Shown here: piece after piece, positions 13,201-22,960 of the stretch | Layout: each line of letters starts with the position of its first letter | Numbering within the stretch: position 1 is the first letter of the stretch | Source of the DNA: Phoronis australis | Lineage: Eukaryota; Animalia; Phoronida | Length of the DNA stretch: 64,000 nucleotides | Assembly: GCA_002633005.1 (NCBI GenBank) | Contig: NMRA01000850.1 | Span: 57,273-121,272, forward strand | Direction of reading: 5' to 3' | Translations under genes and position numbers: made by a program | The notes under the pieces: generated by a model | Databases searched by the model: none | The model's input: only the letters and a program-made list of their open reading frames with translations | What the model was told of the DNA's origin: nothing

Positions 13201-16200
13201 TTGTTTGCATAATACACCTGAAATACGTTTTTTTTTTACCTAAACATCATTCAACAAAGAATGGACTCACCGGAGACAGCCCAAGAGTTGTTATCTCTGC
13301 GGCGAAGGATGTTAAAGTTGAGTCTCCGATGGGTTGCCAGCAGTCACTGGTACGGTGCGCGGCTTTAGACGCTCTGCGGCTGGGTTAAAGATCTTTTATA
13401 GGCCTAACTATCCCCAATTCCCGTACCAGGATGAATTTCAAAAAAAAAAATGTACAAAAACAATATAGTTGAATGATCTCTGTGAATGTGCACACAGACT
13501 GTATGAAAATAATAGATTATTCTGACAGCGTTGATCAAGCAGTATGAGACAATATACATGACAATGATCAGAGTATGTACTTTCTATGACTTAATCAACA
13601 AATAAAATTAACTTTTTAATAAAAAAAAAACGAAATAACAGGGTTGGAGGTCTATTTAGGGTTGACTTGTCAAAGAACTATCCAATGTTATGCAGTCAGT
13701 GTTGCTGATGTTACTACAGTTGTCACAGCTGCACATTTCGTACAGTTCGACCCAGCATTGCAGCACAAACTCAGTTTCCCAGCACACATGTTCTTTTTGC
13801 ACTTGCAGCGTTCATCGTTTAGTACTGTCAATGGAGATGCGGTCATTGCCATACATTTTAACTGCAAAGCTTCACCGCCAACTATGGTCAATTAGAGAGG
13901 GTACAGCACTGCACACTGATGATTGGCCCGCAGGCAATGAAGGGTCAAACACTAAGTCCTTGTTTGGAGGCGGGCAGGATTTGGGCAAACGTTTGATTCA
14001 AAATATGTTATAATGGGCTGTGTTAATTAGAGTCAGCAAGTGAATTATTGAACACTAGCCTCAATTCATTTTCGTATCTCCTAGTCGGGCACAAACTACA
14101 ACAGTGAGTAGCTTCAACAATATTTCTTAAGATTGCCTGTCCAAACAACTTCATGCACACCAGCTTTCTGAAGAACAGTTTCAAAGTCTTGCTTTAGTTT
14201 TGAAAGGCAAATGACATCTTGTGTTAGAAGCTTTGTTTCAATGAACTCCAAACAAAACTGTAGAAAAACATCTCTGAAAACTGTGGATTCGTCACTCTTC
14301 ACAATCGATGTGTTTCTATTTTTTATAGCATGATGATCTGTGGTACTTGGCTTCTAAGACACAAGGTCTTTATCTTTGAATTTCACTTGCACATTCTTGA
14401 CTGAGCTGTTGCTTGCGATACAAGTCCAACTGAAAAACACCCGAACTGTTAACACTAATTTAACATTCAACTATGAGTGAGTTGGCATGCAACTTTTTCA
14501 GACGGACTTATCAGGAGCTGATCCACCACCAGCCTAACAAATTTACATGCCGTCTGATCTGTAGCCTAAAAATGTTGATCGTCTGATAATTAGATTAGTT
14601 GATGCAACTGAAAATAAATCAGCTGACATACCAGTGCAGTGATTGAAATTTAATTTTTTAAAATCAGATGCTCAAACCATAGTCAATCGATTTACACTTA
14701 AGGTAATCGACGTTTGACGAAATGGGCAGTGGCTTCTATCGTCCTCAAATTTCGACGGCGACGATGGCCACTTTAGCACTTTAATTTAATTATCATTACA
14801 GCTACCTAAGTAATTAACGTTTACAAAAAATTGAGAAGATGTTCCCATTTGGGCATGTTGTTTGCAACCGTCTACTCCATTTAACCTTCTCAAAAATTTT
14901 TGACTTAAAGTGCTTTAAAATCACACCCTATAACGCCATAGGATTATCCCTTAGCGCAACCAGTGTCGATGTGGCAACTGAACAATGAAGTGTTCGAAAA
15001 ACAGGATTGCAGGAGTATTTGTTTAAACTGGGAACAAATAAAAACATTAACGACCTCCTCAGAGGCATCTCTCTACGCGGTACTTCTAAACTTATAGGAA
15101 CATAATTTGCCGAAAAGCATCCGGCATATGGAGTACCTATGGTATGATCATCGTCTCTACTGGGTCAGCGGTATTTTCTAAGGCCTAGGCAGCCAAGGGG
15201 CTGAACAAGTTAAAAAAAACAACTGGTGATAATACTGAAACACACATGGAAAACACCAAGATGTACTTTTCAAAAACACGTACCTGTTTTTGAAAGCTAT
15301 ACTTCTTTCTCTTTCTTGAAATATGGTCCATAATATACTTTTCCTGCTAACAAATGATGCACTCACGTTTCAGAATGTTACTATCTTGTTCAGGTTAATA
15401 GGGTGTTTCAGATTTTGGAAGTAAAATTGATTTTTCTTGGGAAATCTTGGATAACATCTGTATCACCTTCAGCAATTACAGCTTTAGTACTACTGTTGGT
15501 GCCTTGAAACGTTGCTATGCCGTTATATGTCCTTTCAATTTTTTGGTCTGACACTTGGTCTTCTAGTCTACAGCACTCAGCAGTAATATAGTATACTGTG
15601 TAGGCTATACCAGGACATGCAGCTGTTTTCTGCACAAACGTTTGTGACACCTCTTCTTCTTGTTGATCTACTGATCTAAAGAGTTCCACAGTCCATCAGC
15701 TTTCATCAGGAAGCTTTCCTAAGCTTCTTTAGGCTCTGACATCACAATTTTGTGCTGCTTGATAAACCTTGAATTATACAGGCATCACACTCCATGGGAG
15801 CAGCCATATTGAAGTAACTAAGCACAATACAATCTGGCTCTCTGATTGGTCAGTTCAATAGAAAAGCGCCACCAAGTGGCAGGAATGTGCATCATATTTT
15901 GTGCAACAAAAACACCTTTTTTAAAAAAATGTGCAAGTGTACACGTGGGAACGTTTTGGAATTTGATCTACAGGTATATTATCTAGCCACATAGAAAAAC
16001 GTAGGTTGCACCCCCCCAAAGTACTCACAAGGATGAACGCTATGAGATCTGGCCCACCGACTATGTGTTACGCGTTATATTTCAGGCTTCGTACAGTTTC
16101 AATGGTGCCACGGCAGGAACACTCTTAGGCTTGTTCATTTTAGGTGCATTTTTTCCTTGCGTCAACAGTTGGGTAAGTGGCAGACACTTCTTTACATTTC

Positions 16201-19200
16201 CAGCTACTGTACGAGTTTTAATTGAAAACAAAAATATGTATGTAAATTCCACCCACAACTCTTACGTCCGACAAACATTGCGTACTGCCTTCTAAATATA
16301 TACCAACAGTTACTGACACTTTCTAACTATAATAAGTTTTATCTAATAGATGTATTTGAAATCATCAAGCATTGTTTAACTATGGCAACGTAATATTTTA
16401 CCTGGCCCTGGTACTAACTCGACGTAATTGATTAAGGTACAAATTAATAATAACTTAATCATTAACAATTATGTGTCGCAACTGGGTGTCAATTCCCGAT
16501 TTCCAACATATCATTGACATCCGTGAAAAAGGTGAAGAGTGTATCGTTGGCCATTTAGGGTAAGTGCCGTCCGTAATTTCCTGGTAATTTCCCAGAGGAC
16601 AGCGGTGTGATACGTTTTTCATCCCTGTGTTTTACCAGCGTAATTACAATGAGAGATTAGATTGCAGATCATGTGAGCTCTGAAAAAGTTGTACGCTCCT
16701 TAGCAAACGCTAGTAATAGACGAGCGTAAATTACTTTGAATTCGTCTTTCACACTCGCAAATACGAGAGTAAAACAACGAGCGTAAACTAATAGCGGATA
16801 GGCCAACGATAGTAGTACGCTGTACACGCACGGTGGCTGTGGAGGAATTGAACTCTTGCGTAACGTTTGTCAATGATCAATCCCGGGATCTGGGGATACC
16901 ATGTACACGAAGTTGAATGAGGTTTAACAACTCATCGCCAGAGTGTTTTTTTGCAAAACCGTGACCAACATTCCTAAATTATATTTAGAATAAGGTTCCC
17001 GACATTAATTGCAGGGTGTCGTGATTGGAGGAATTTTTGGCCTGGTTCTACCCTTGTGGATCAGCTTCGGTGCCTATTTCAGCCTTCCAAAGCACGTCAC
17101 CTACCTGCCCACGGTCACAGAAAACTGTACAACGGATCTAGTCAACTCAACTCAACTTAGCTTGAACACTCCAGAAACAACGCTCAGCTGGACGACGCTT
17201 AACGTCACATCGGCTGAGGATAATACTCAAATGTAATCTATTGTTATGTTTTGAGTCCTATCTTTTGTTCATCGCATATATTTTTGGCCAAGTCCAACAT
17301 TTTGCGTTCAGAAATATCCTTCTTTTCTTTTCACATTAAATGAATCTCATTAAGACATCAGGCACATTTTGTAATTTAATTGCAATTGTTTTACTATCAA
17401 TTCTGTCAAGCCAGTTCAAGGCCATTCCGCTCTGGCGACCATTTTGTTGCTGCACAATCAGACGGAGATAAGGCGTGAAATTAGATTATGTTAGATTCTG
17501 CGTGTTTTGGAAAAAAGGATGCCGTTTTCTGAAAGCAGTTATAAAAAAAACATTTGATACATTCTCTGGTCTCAGCAAAACGCGCAAGGGAGTGAAATGA
17601 AGTGGAAGGAAGCATTGTAGAATGAACACGTAAATTCGTGTGAAGTCCAATGTGAGACTTTAAGGATGCACTGGGAACTGATGAGTTATCGCCGCCAGGT
17701 TGAATGCAAGGCATTTCGCCTTCGTAGCCGGTGGCACATGCATAGAGGAAAATCTTTGACTTCTTGAAAAGGTCCTTTTACAATGTATGTGGTTAGATGT
17801 GGTGCATCTGAACTGTATTCGGTGATCAGTCGCCACTTTTTGAAAGCCTCGGTCTCCCATGTGTTCATCTTCAAACATTGACGTATTGTTTTCCTTTTGC
17901 TTCCTAAAGTTGCACACGTTCTCTGATATATTACATATATGCTTCGACGTTTATATGTGTATCGATATCTAATTCCAGCACTGGATTCAATAAGATCTAT
18001 ACCATCTCCTATCTGTGGCTTCCCTTTCTCGGAGCTTTATCTACCATCATCATCGGTTTATTGATAAGCGCGTGCACAGGTAGGTTCTGTTGAAAACGAG
18101 GCTATTGCAAACTGCATTTGAATAAATCGGGTATCATTTTGTCAGATGCATTTTGGCTATCAGTAAAGCGTTTCGCAAAGTACCCTTATCCTTATTACCT
18201 CTTCAGCTATATTCATTGTTTTCAATGCTAGTCAAAACAGAAAAAATCTAAAATACTTGTTTTACTATGAAGACATTGAAATAATCTACAAAATATTTTT
18301 TCAGTTCTCTTTGATAAACTTAATTCATTGGGATATCCTCTTTTACTTCAGAAATCAAAACATTTATAAAATAACAAATAATATCTCTTACACCAAGAAA
18401 TTGTGGCGCAGAAAAAAAACTTACGAGAAAAATTTAAATTTTTTTAAAACACATCAGCGAAAACGTGACCCTTGCAGAACGAAATTAAATTAACATGCCG
18501 GTAAATCGTGACCACCCATGAACACGTGACCACGAAAATGATGACATCATTCTCTTGAAGCAAGATGGCTAATATTTTTGTAGCGATCTGAGAGATCTGG
18601 TGCCTAGAATAGTCAATCATTCACAGTTCAACCGAGATTGGTTTGCATTTGTTGGCGAGACATTGCTCAACACTAAGTCGTCATGTAACTGTAACATTAG
18701 CATTTTTCGGGGTCACATGCTCCGGGATGGTCAAGTGCTTCTGAATGGTCACGTGCTCCTGGTATGGTTAAATTTTTGCTGACACGTGATTCGGTCCTAG
18801 TATGGTACCAACTATTCCTGATGAGTTGTTTATGCATGTATGACTACAGTAATACCTGGTTTACACTTAAGTGTAATTTGAAGTGCTATTACTGGTTTGG
18901 AACATTACTTTTATGGTCCTGCTGACTGAGAATGTTTTGAACTTTACTTCGATTCTAGCACAGAAAAAAGTGTTTTGATTTTTTACGTTTTGACTTTCTT
19001 TAACGATTGCTTATCGGTTCATCGTGCCATCTACAGGCAGACACAATGTCTTCTAGGGTGTTCGAACTAAGATATGACTTTCACAATAACGTGGAGTTAC
19101 AAATTATCACGGAAGTAGTTCTCTAACACAATATGGAAGTCCATGACAATGTACCGATAACTATCTTTTATTGGACACAAAATTTTGATATAGACGAAAA

Positions 19201-20461
19201 TATTTTGAAGACTTCAAATATGTGTACAGAAAATCCGAAAGTATCTAACAACTTTCGCTGTATTAAATATTCTTAATAAAATGTCACTAGGCAAATTGTG
19301 AATTCTCTCGGCTCGAGTCTCTTCTGTTTTTTCAGGTTTCTCAAGAAAGGTCAATCCCGCTTATCTCATATCACTTTACGACAAATTTTGTTGCTGTTTT
19401 CCACAAAGATGCAGGAGAAAATTCAACAGATGCTGTGAATATGAAAATGATTTCAAGAAGGTTGGTTTATTATAAGATAAAAAATCTCACTACCTCTCGA
19501 AAAGGGCATTAGTGTTTCTGATTGTCGTGAGCCGTCTCTCTCACAATGATTGCAGTAAAAATAACACTGTTTGCTTTTGTGCGCCCAGAAGCAAATGGTT
19601 CTGGCGTTTCATTTGATTTTAAGATTATTCTAGATCCGTTATTTGGCAAGAATCTCGCGAAGGAAGATACAGTGGGCTCACGTGCTACGCCTAGCTGTAA
19701 TACATGGCGATATCTCGAGAAACCTTGTTTTCGCGAGGTTCTTGCGTTTAAGGAACACACGCCTGGTTCAGACTTTTTCTAAATGACTATAGGGAGGGTA
19801 TTCAGATAGTATCATATTGTTCTATGACGCTTCCATTTCATTAAAATCAGCACAGGTTACATCTCAGAAACGGATGATCGGATTCGTAGACACACATATC
19901 ACGTTGTTTTTACATCTATGATCGGATTCGTATGAAACATTCATGCACAGGCTGTTAGGATTTAGAAAATATTGGTAACCAAATTTCTGAGGTTTCATCA
20001 TGAAAAACATTGATATCAACCGAAGATTTGTTATACTATTGCTACCGTTGTTTTGCTACGACTGTATCTTTTTTCTTTTTCACTTAACTGTATAAAAAAT
20101 ACGTGGTCACGTGACTCAATAACTTGTATCAACCCAGAAAGTCAAATTCTACAGGTTTTGTATTTGCAAATTCTGTAGTTTAGTAGATATTTATTCAAGG
20201 TTTCATTGCATTCACATGGGGATTTAGGTGACTTCGCACTCTTTTATAAATCTATCATGGGCTTTGTACGTGGACGACTGGTAAACCGATAACCGGCTTA
20301 ATTTTGGGCAAAATTATATGTGAAAACAATCTTGCACTATTTTGTTTCTCTAGGAACATGGTCCGTATGACGAAGAGACTCCTGGTGATGGTTGTGGTTA
20401 CGTCATTAACAATTCGAACACTCGGGAGAGAGGACTGTATGCTTTAGTGGCAAGAAAATAA
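879..20461 (+). CDS. Whole gene span: 15-coding-exon sodium:solute symporter, SLC5A8/SLC5A12/SLC5A6/SLC5A5-like (SMCT/SMVT/NIS subfamily), 622 aa
   Basis: Exons joined by hand with GT-AG junctions and consistent phases total 1869 nt with no internal stop. Family motifs: EYLMANRNM, SYMSAISILGYPAEMY, SAYEYLELRF, YMGISLYAP, GGMKAVIWTDVFQ, FDPTVRHTTW, YGVNQPSVQR, CDP..NPNQLVPYFVM, PGLFVAALF, LLGLFILG, ISYLW. Orthology within the subfamily cannot be resolved by eye. Confidence 0.93.
1322..1575. mobile_element. MITE family B copy 1 (left end CATGTGCTCACCCAG)
   Basis: Homologous to 5519..5712 (AAAAGTGGGGGG.CTCGAATTTTT...GAGCTAT.AATTGTGCATTCGCCGA). Its left end is the inverted complement of the right end of copy 2 (CTGGGTGCGCGCATG). 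Confidence 0.72.
1573..1628. repeat. (CTACCA)n / (CTA)n microsatellite
   Basis: Directly visible; source of the spurious poly-T, LP, YH and GS ORFs. Confidence 0.95.
2008..2444. mobile_element. PIF/Harbinger-like MITE
   Basis: TIR AGGCCCTTTCATA / TATGAAAGGCCCT (1 mismatch) flanked by TTA/TTA; internal GTTAAC and GTCGAC palindromes. Confidence 0.7.
2855..2923 (+). CDS. SLC5 exon 2 (YLELRFKSKAARLTGNVCSVLAS)
   Basis: Acceptor tttctcgtttag, donor gtaagt; 69 nt; conserved YLELRF motif. Confidence 0.92.
3408..3497. repeat. 45-bp tandem duplication
   Basis: CTAGAAATTTAGGTTAAAACATACCTA(T/C)CAGATTGTTTCAAATTG x2. Confidence 0.92.
4095..4146 (+). CDS. SLC5 exon 3 (VMYMGISLYAPSTALET)
   Basis: Acceptor tttgtttttaag, donor gtaatc; 52 nt; YMGxxLYAP motif. 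Confidence 0.92.
5519..5712. mobile_element. MITE family B copy 2 (5'-truncated, right end intact)
   Basis: Homologous to 1322..1575; ends CCCCTGGGTGCGCGCATG. Confidence 0.72.
6780..6847 (+). CDS. SLC5 exon 4 (VTGFPAWATIIIVGSVVTFYTTL)
   Basis: Acceptor aatttgcag, donor gtaagt; 68 nt completes the phase-1 codon from exon 3. Confidence 0.92.
7604..7684 (+). CDS. SLC5 exon 5 (GGMKAVIWTDVFQAVVMFAGTIAILIQ)
   Basis: Acceptor atgttacag, donor gtaacc; sodium:solute symporter signature GGMKAVIWTD. Confidence 0.95.
8324..8397 (+). CDS. SLC5 exon 6 (GCIKVGGIGRVWEINVNGGRIEFF)
   Basis: Acceptor ttttttcgcag, donor gtaagg; 74 nt, ends in phase 2. Confidence 0.9.
8604..8859. mobile_element. MITE family C, full copy with ~28-bp imperfect TIRs
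   Basis: GGGCCCGTTCCAACAAAACTGACTTA ... TAAGTCAGTTTCTTGGAACAGGCTCC; a partial inverted copy lies at 36500..36594. Confidence 0.72.
9291..9444. mobile_element. Small MITE
   Basis: CCTGGGTTGCGTTTCTTAGAC ... GTCTACGAAACGCAGAACTAGG imperfect terminal inverted repeat. Confidence 0.55.
9573..9713 (+). CDS. SLC5 exon 7 (FNFDPTVRHTTWGLVIAQTFLWTGVYGVNQPSVQRFGALETRREAQ)
   Basis: Acceptor gttgaactag, donor gtaagt; DPTxRHT and NQxxVQR motifs. Confidence 0.93.
10238..10459 (+). CDS. SLC5 exon 8 (VVLLNIPLVF...CDPIANGDISNPNQLVPYFVM...LFCGTL)
   Basis: Acceptor taatttcag, donor gtaaat; 222 nt, phase 2 at both ends; matches ORF-track 10242..10463. Confidence 0.94.
11375..11487 (+). CDS. SLC5 exon 9 (SLSSALSSIAANLWEDIFKQKLGSLSDLQQTLFTKGI)
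   Basis: Acceptor gtttctttcag, donor gtaggc; Ser-rich Na2-site helix followed by xED motif. Confidence 0.91.
12041..12111 (+). CDS. SLC5 exon 10 (VCLFGLAAIGMAFLASTFKGQVVQ)
   Basis: Acceptor gtcgttgcag, donor gtaatc; 71 nt. Confidence 0.91.
12696..16063 (-). mobile_element. Academ-superfamily DNA transposon, decayed and probably internally deleted, in SLC5 intron 10
   Basis: Perfect 16-bp TIR TAGTCGGTGGGCCAGA (12696..12711) / TCTGGCCCACCGACTA (16048..16063) flanked by TGT on both sides. Subterminal inverted repeat TTGTGAGTACTTTaGGGGGG (~12739) / CCCCCCCAAAGTACTCACAA (~16011-16030). Broken coding on -: DLV..EAKYHRS.C (~14325-14368) and a C-terminal CKC..C..CC..G.NC..C cluster (13688..13891), both resembling Academ transposases. 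Confidence 0.8.
16086..16172 (+). CDS. SLC5 exon 11 (ASYSFNGATAGTLLGLFILGAFFPCVNSW)
   Basis: Acceptor tatatttcag, donor gtaagt; LLGLFxLGxxFPxxN motif. Confidence 0.93.
17015..17232 (+). CDS. SLC5 exon 12 (GVVIGGIFGLVLPLWISFGAY...LPTVTENC...EDNTQ)
   Basis: Acceptor taattgcag, donor gtaatc; encodes a TM segment and a Thr-rich extracellular loop with NxS/T sequons. Confidence 0.9.
17500..17900 (-). mobile_element. Possible Crypton/DUF3504-type tyrosine-recombinase N-terminal remnant in SLC5 intron 12
   Basis: Broken frames KQKENNT../KMNTWETEAFKKWR and PGGDNSSVPSASLKSHIGLHTNLR..RFAETRECIK loosely match the remembered NT..T.W..F..W and G..Y.P.SL...L...LR...F...R pattern. Similarity is weak. Confidence 0.3.
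17979..18079 (+). CDS. SLC5 exon 13 (TGFNKIYTISYLWLPFLGALSTIIIGLLISACT)
   Basis: Acceptor ctaattccag, donor gtaggt; YxISYLW motif. Confidence 0.92.
19336..19460 (+). CDS. SLC5 exon 14 (GFSRKVNPAYLISLYDKFCCCFPQRCRRKFNRCCEYENDFKK)
   Basis: Acceptor ctgttttttcag, donor gttggt; phase consistent with exon 13. Confidence 0.86.
20354..20461 (+). CDS. SLC5 exon 15, terminal (EHGPYDEETPGDGCGYVINNSNTRERGLYALVARK*)
   Basis: Strong acceptor ttttgtttctctag; phase-0 open frame to TAA at 20459-20461. The tail is poorly conserved, so this exon is less certain. Confidence 0.7.
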   Translation, partial: EHGPYDEETPGDGCGYVINNSNTRERGLYALVARK

Positions 20462-21229
20462 AGGGCCGCTAGAGTCTCTGGCGCGTGAGGGCTCTGCTGT
20501 TAAACCTTCGGTTTGTTATTTCAAGCAACCCTACACAATGACAAAATTCGGAAAATTTAAGAACCTCACATCACAACCAGGTCGGATTCCGATGGAATTT
20601 CAAGATGCTCAGGTTTTTGTACTGTTCTCCAAATCGGTGTTAGGAATTGTTCTAAAAAATGTTTCACTTCTGTATAAAGTGACATCAAAATTGGAACTTC
20701 TATAACTTATAAAATGTAAAGGTGCACAAAATAAACTCTATTATGAAGCTAAGGCTACACTTTGGTATCCATGCTGAATACTCATATCAAAAGAAGTCGG
20801 GCAAACCTTTCTTTTGTTGCTGTGATGGTACCTTTCTTTTTTCTAAAATTACTAAGTAGATATGTTCAAGAGACTCGATGGCAAGCTAATTAAATTCTCG
20901 ACGCTTTCTTTTTCACAAAATGGACGTTTATCACGACGGAATTTCAATAGTTTGTTAAAGTGGAGCTAAATACAGGTTACTCATACACCTGAACAATTTT
21001 GTTGACAAATATGGAACTTATCTCTTTAGAAAGGAGAAATTAGTAATCCTGATAAGTGTAGTGTATGTTATCGTAAACATGAGACATTGGAACACATTTT
21101 TACATTTCAAAAGATAACGGACTCTAGAAAATAACAATATTCATAACAAGAGACAATGAACACTTTTTGCATTGTTGGCACGGTCAACATTCGAGAATGA
21201 AAAAACGGCCCAATTGGACTTGGGTCTAA

Positions 21230-22960
21230 GCCAAAGCGCAAGGGTGAAATGTTCGCGCAACACACAAAAGCATCCTCTCAGCGTTTTTTGTCAGCAGATC
21301 ATCAAGGGGTGTCTTTGGTCATTGACCGGCGATCCAATGCAACTCGGGCGATGCTCGGTCAATCTCTTCCATGTGAGTTACATTTGTCGAAAAGGGAATA
21401 GCCATCGCGTCCAAAAGACAAGAAGACGATGCTACTCCTACTTCGATAAGTCTGCCGATTATAGGCCAGACACCAGACACTGTCCGCTGATGTCGGCTGA
21501 CCAACTGAAGTTGTCTGGGTCATCTAAGATCATCGGGCTCCGGTGACGTGAGAAATAAAAAATTCGCCATCTTGAACTTGAAGCTGAGAAATGTCCCCCG
21601 CAATTTCCTTGGAGTTTTTAACGAGGCAGTATGTGAGGCCAACAAAAAGAGATACAATGTCTGCTAACAGCATGATGACTCTTGTCACACTACGTAAGAG
21701 GACACATCTGTCAATCAGTGATATTATGCGTTTGTTGGAATTTATGGTTACCACCACGTATTTTCAGTTCACCAAGAGGTTTGGCATGGCCATGGGTAGC
21801 CCTGTATCGTCCTGGTAGCCATTAGAGGCTAAGCCCAGACTATGGAAATACGATGTGGACGATATTTTGGAGATCATGCCTGATTAGATCAAGTGAACCA
21901 GGTAGACAAATCGGACCGTATGAAGTTCATCTACAAAGTGGGAACGGATGAAAAAATCCACTTTCCAGACCCATTAATTGTCAGAAAGCATGACGGATCG
22001 ATTAAATTTCTAGTGTATCACAAAAGTCGTATACTGACAAGCACTTGAATTTCTATTTGGATCATTTGTTGCTTCAAAAGTTGGGTACTGAATGTACATT
22101 TTTAAGATGTGAAAATATTGTTTCTGATCTACCCGCTAAAGTTGCTAAACGACAGCACATTGAGAACCCTCTTACCGTTTGCGGTTATCCGAAGTGGTCT
22201 TTTCGAAAAGTAAATAGAAAAAGGTCCTTATAGAGACAACCCGGAATAGGACATGATCGGCATTGTGGTTTTACCATATGAAAAAGTTATCACTGAGCAG
22301 TGACAACGTGTACTGAAATCCTATAAGATATTGAGTGCCGCCAAACACATTAGGACGCTTAGAAATTTTCTTGTACATGCGAAAGACAAGGGTGATAACA
22401 CCGGGGTGGCATACATGTATCAAAAACCGTGCGCCAATTGTGATAGCACCTATATCGGTAAAATTGGCAGGAAACTGGGGTCTCGCCTATCAGACATGCA
22501 GTAGGAGGAACGTCGTCACTCGCTATCAGGTTTGTGCATCTCTAGCCATTTATCACAACTCAGTGGCGGATTTAGATGGGGGCCAATTGTTGCTATGGCC
22601 AAATGGAATCTGGGAGATCTTTATAAGGGGGGCCATGGTCCCCCTAAAACTCTCCCAGATTCCATTTGGCAGTTCGGGGGTGCGAACGTCTCACGGGCAA
22701 AGTCCTGGCTGATACTCTGCCCTGCCCCCCTAACTAAAAATCCTGTATCCGCCCCTGCAACTCCGCCTTTACTGATACACGAGATGGAGTTGAATCACCT
22801 TATTGGGGTTTGTGGGGCAATTGTAAAACACTGTCACACGATTGTAACAGAGCTACAATATGAATCCGGAAACCTTATCACATTTAAAAGCAAAGTGCCT
22901 CCTGTAGGAACAGGGGCATCGGTCGGTATGCCTTGCCAGATATCTACGGTGTTGTAGAGT
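21230..22960 (+). mobile_element. Decayed Penelope-like retroelement (reverse transcriptase + GIY-YIG endonuclease)
   Basis: Frameshifted motifs in correct order: FGMAMGSPVS (~21780), LWKYDVDDILEI (YVDD-like), VYHKSRTDKHLNF, CGYPKWSF, VVLPY, PCANCDSTYIGKIGR (GIY-YIG), HNSAFTD (restored after removing the MITE), NRGIGRYALPDIY. Boundaries approximate. Confidence 0.85.
22561..22757. mobile_element. MITE family A copy 1 (CAGTGGCGGAT...ATCCGCCCCTG), inserted in the Penelope GIY-YIG region
   Basis: Terminal inverted repeats; flanked by CAACT/CAACT; homologous to 35165..35321 and 57152..57313. Confidence 0.88.

Noticed and set aside
17678-18824. CTGATGA hammerhead-like cores at 17678 and 18818
   Set aside because: No stem II followed by GAAA and no matching stems I and III nearby.
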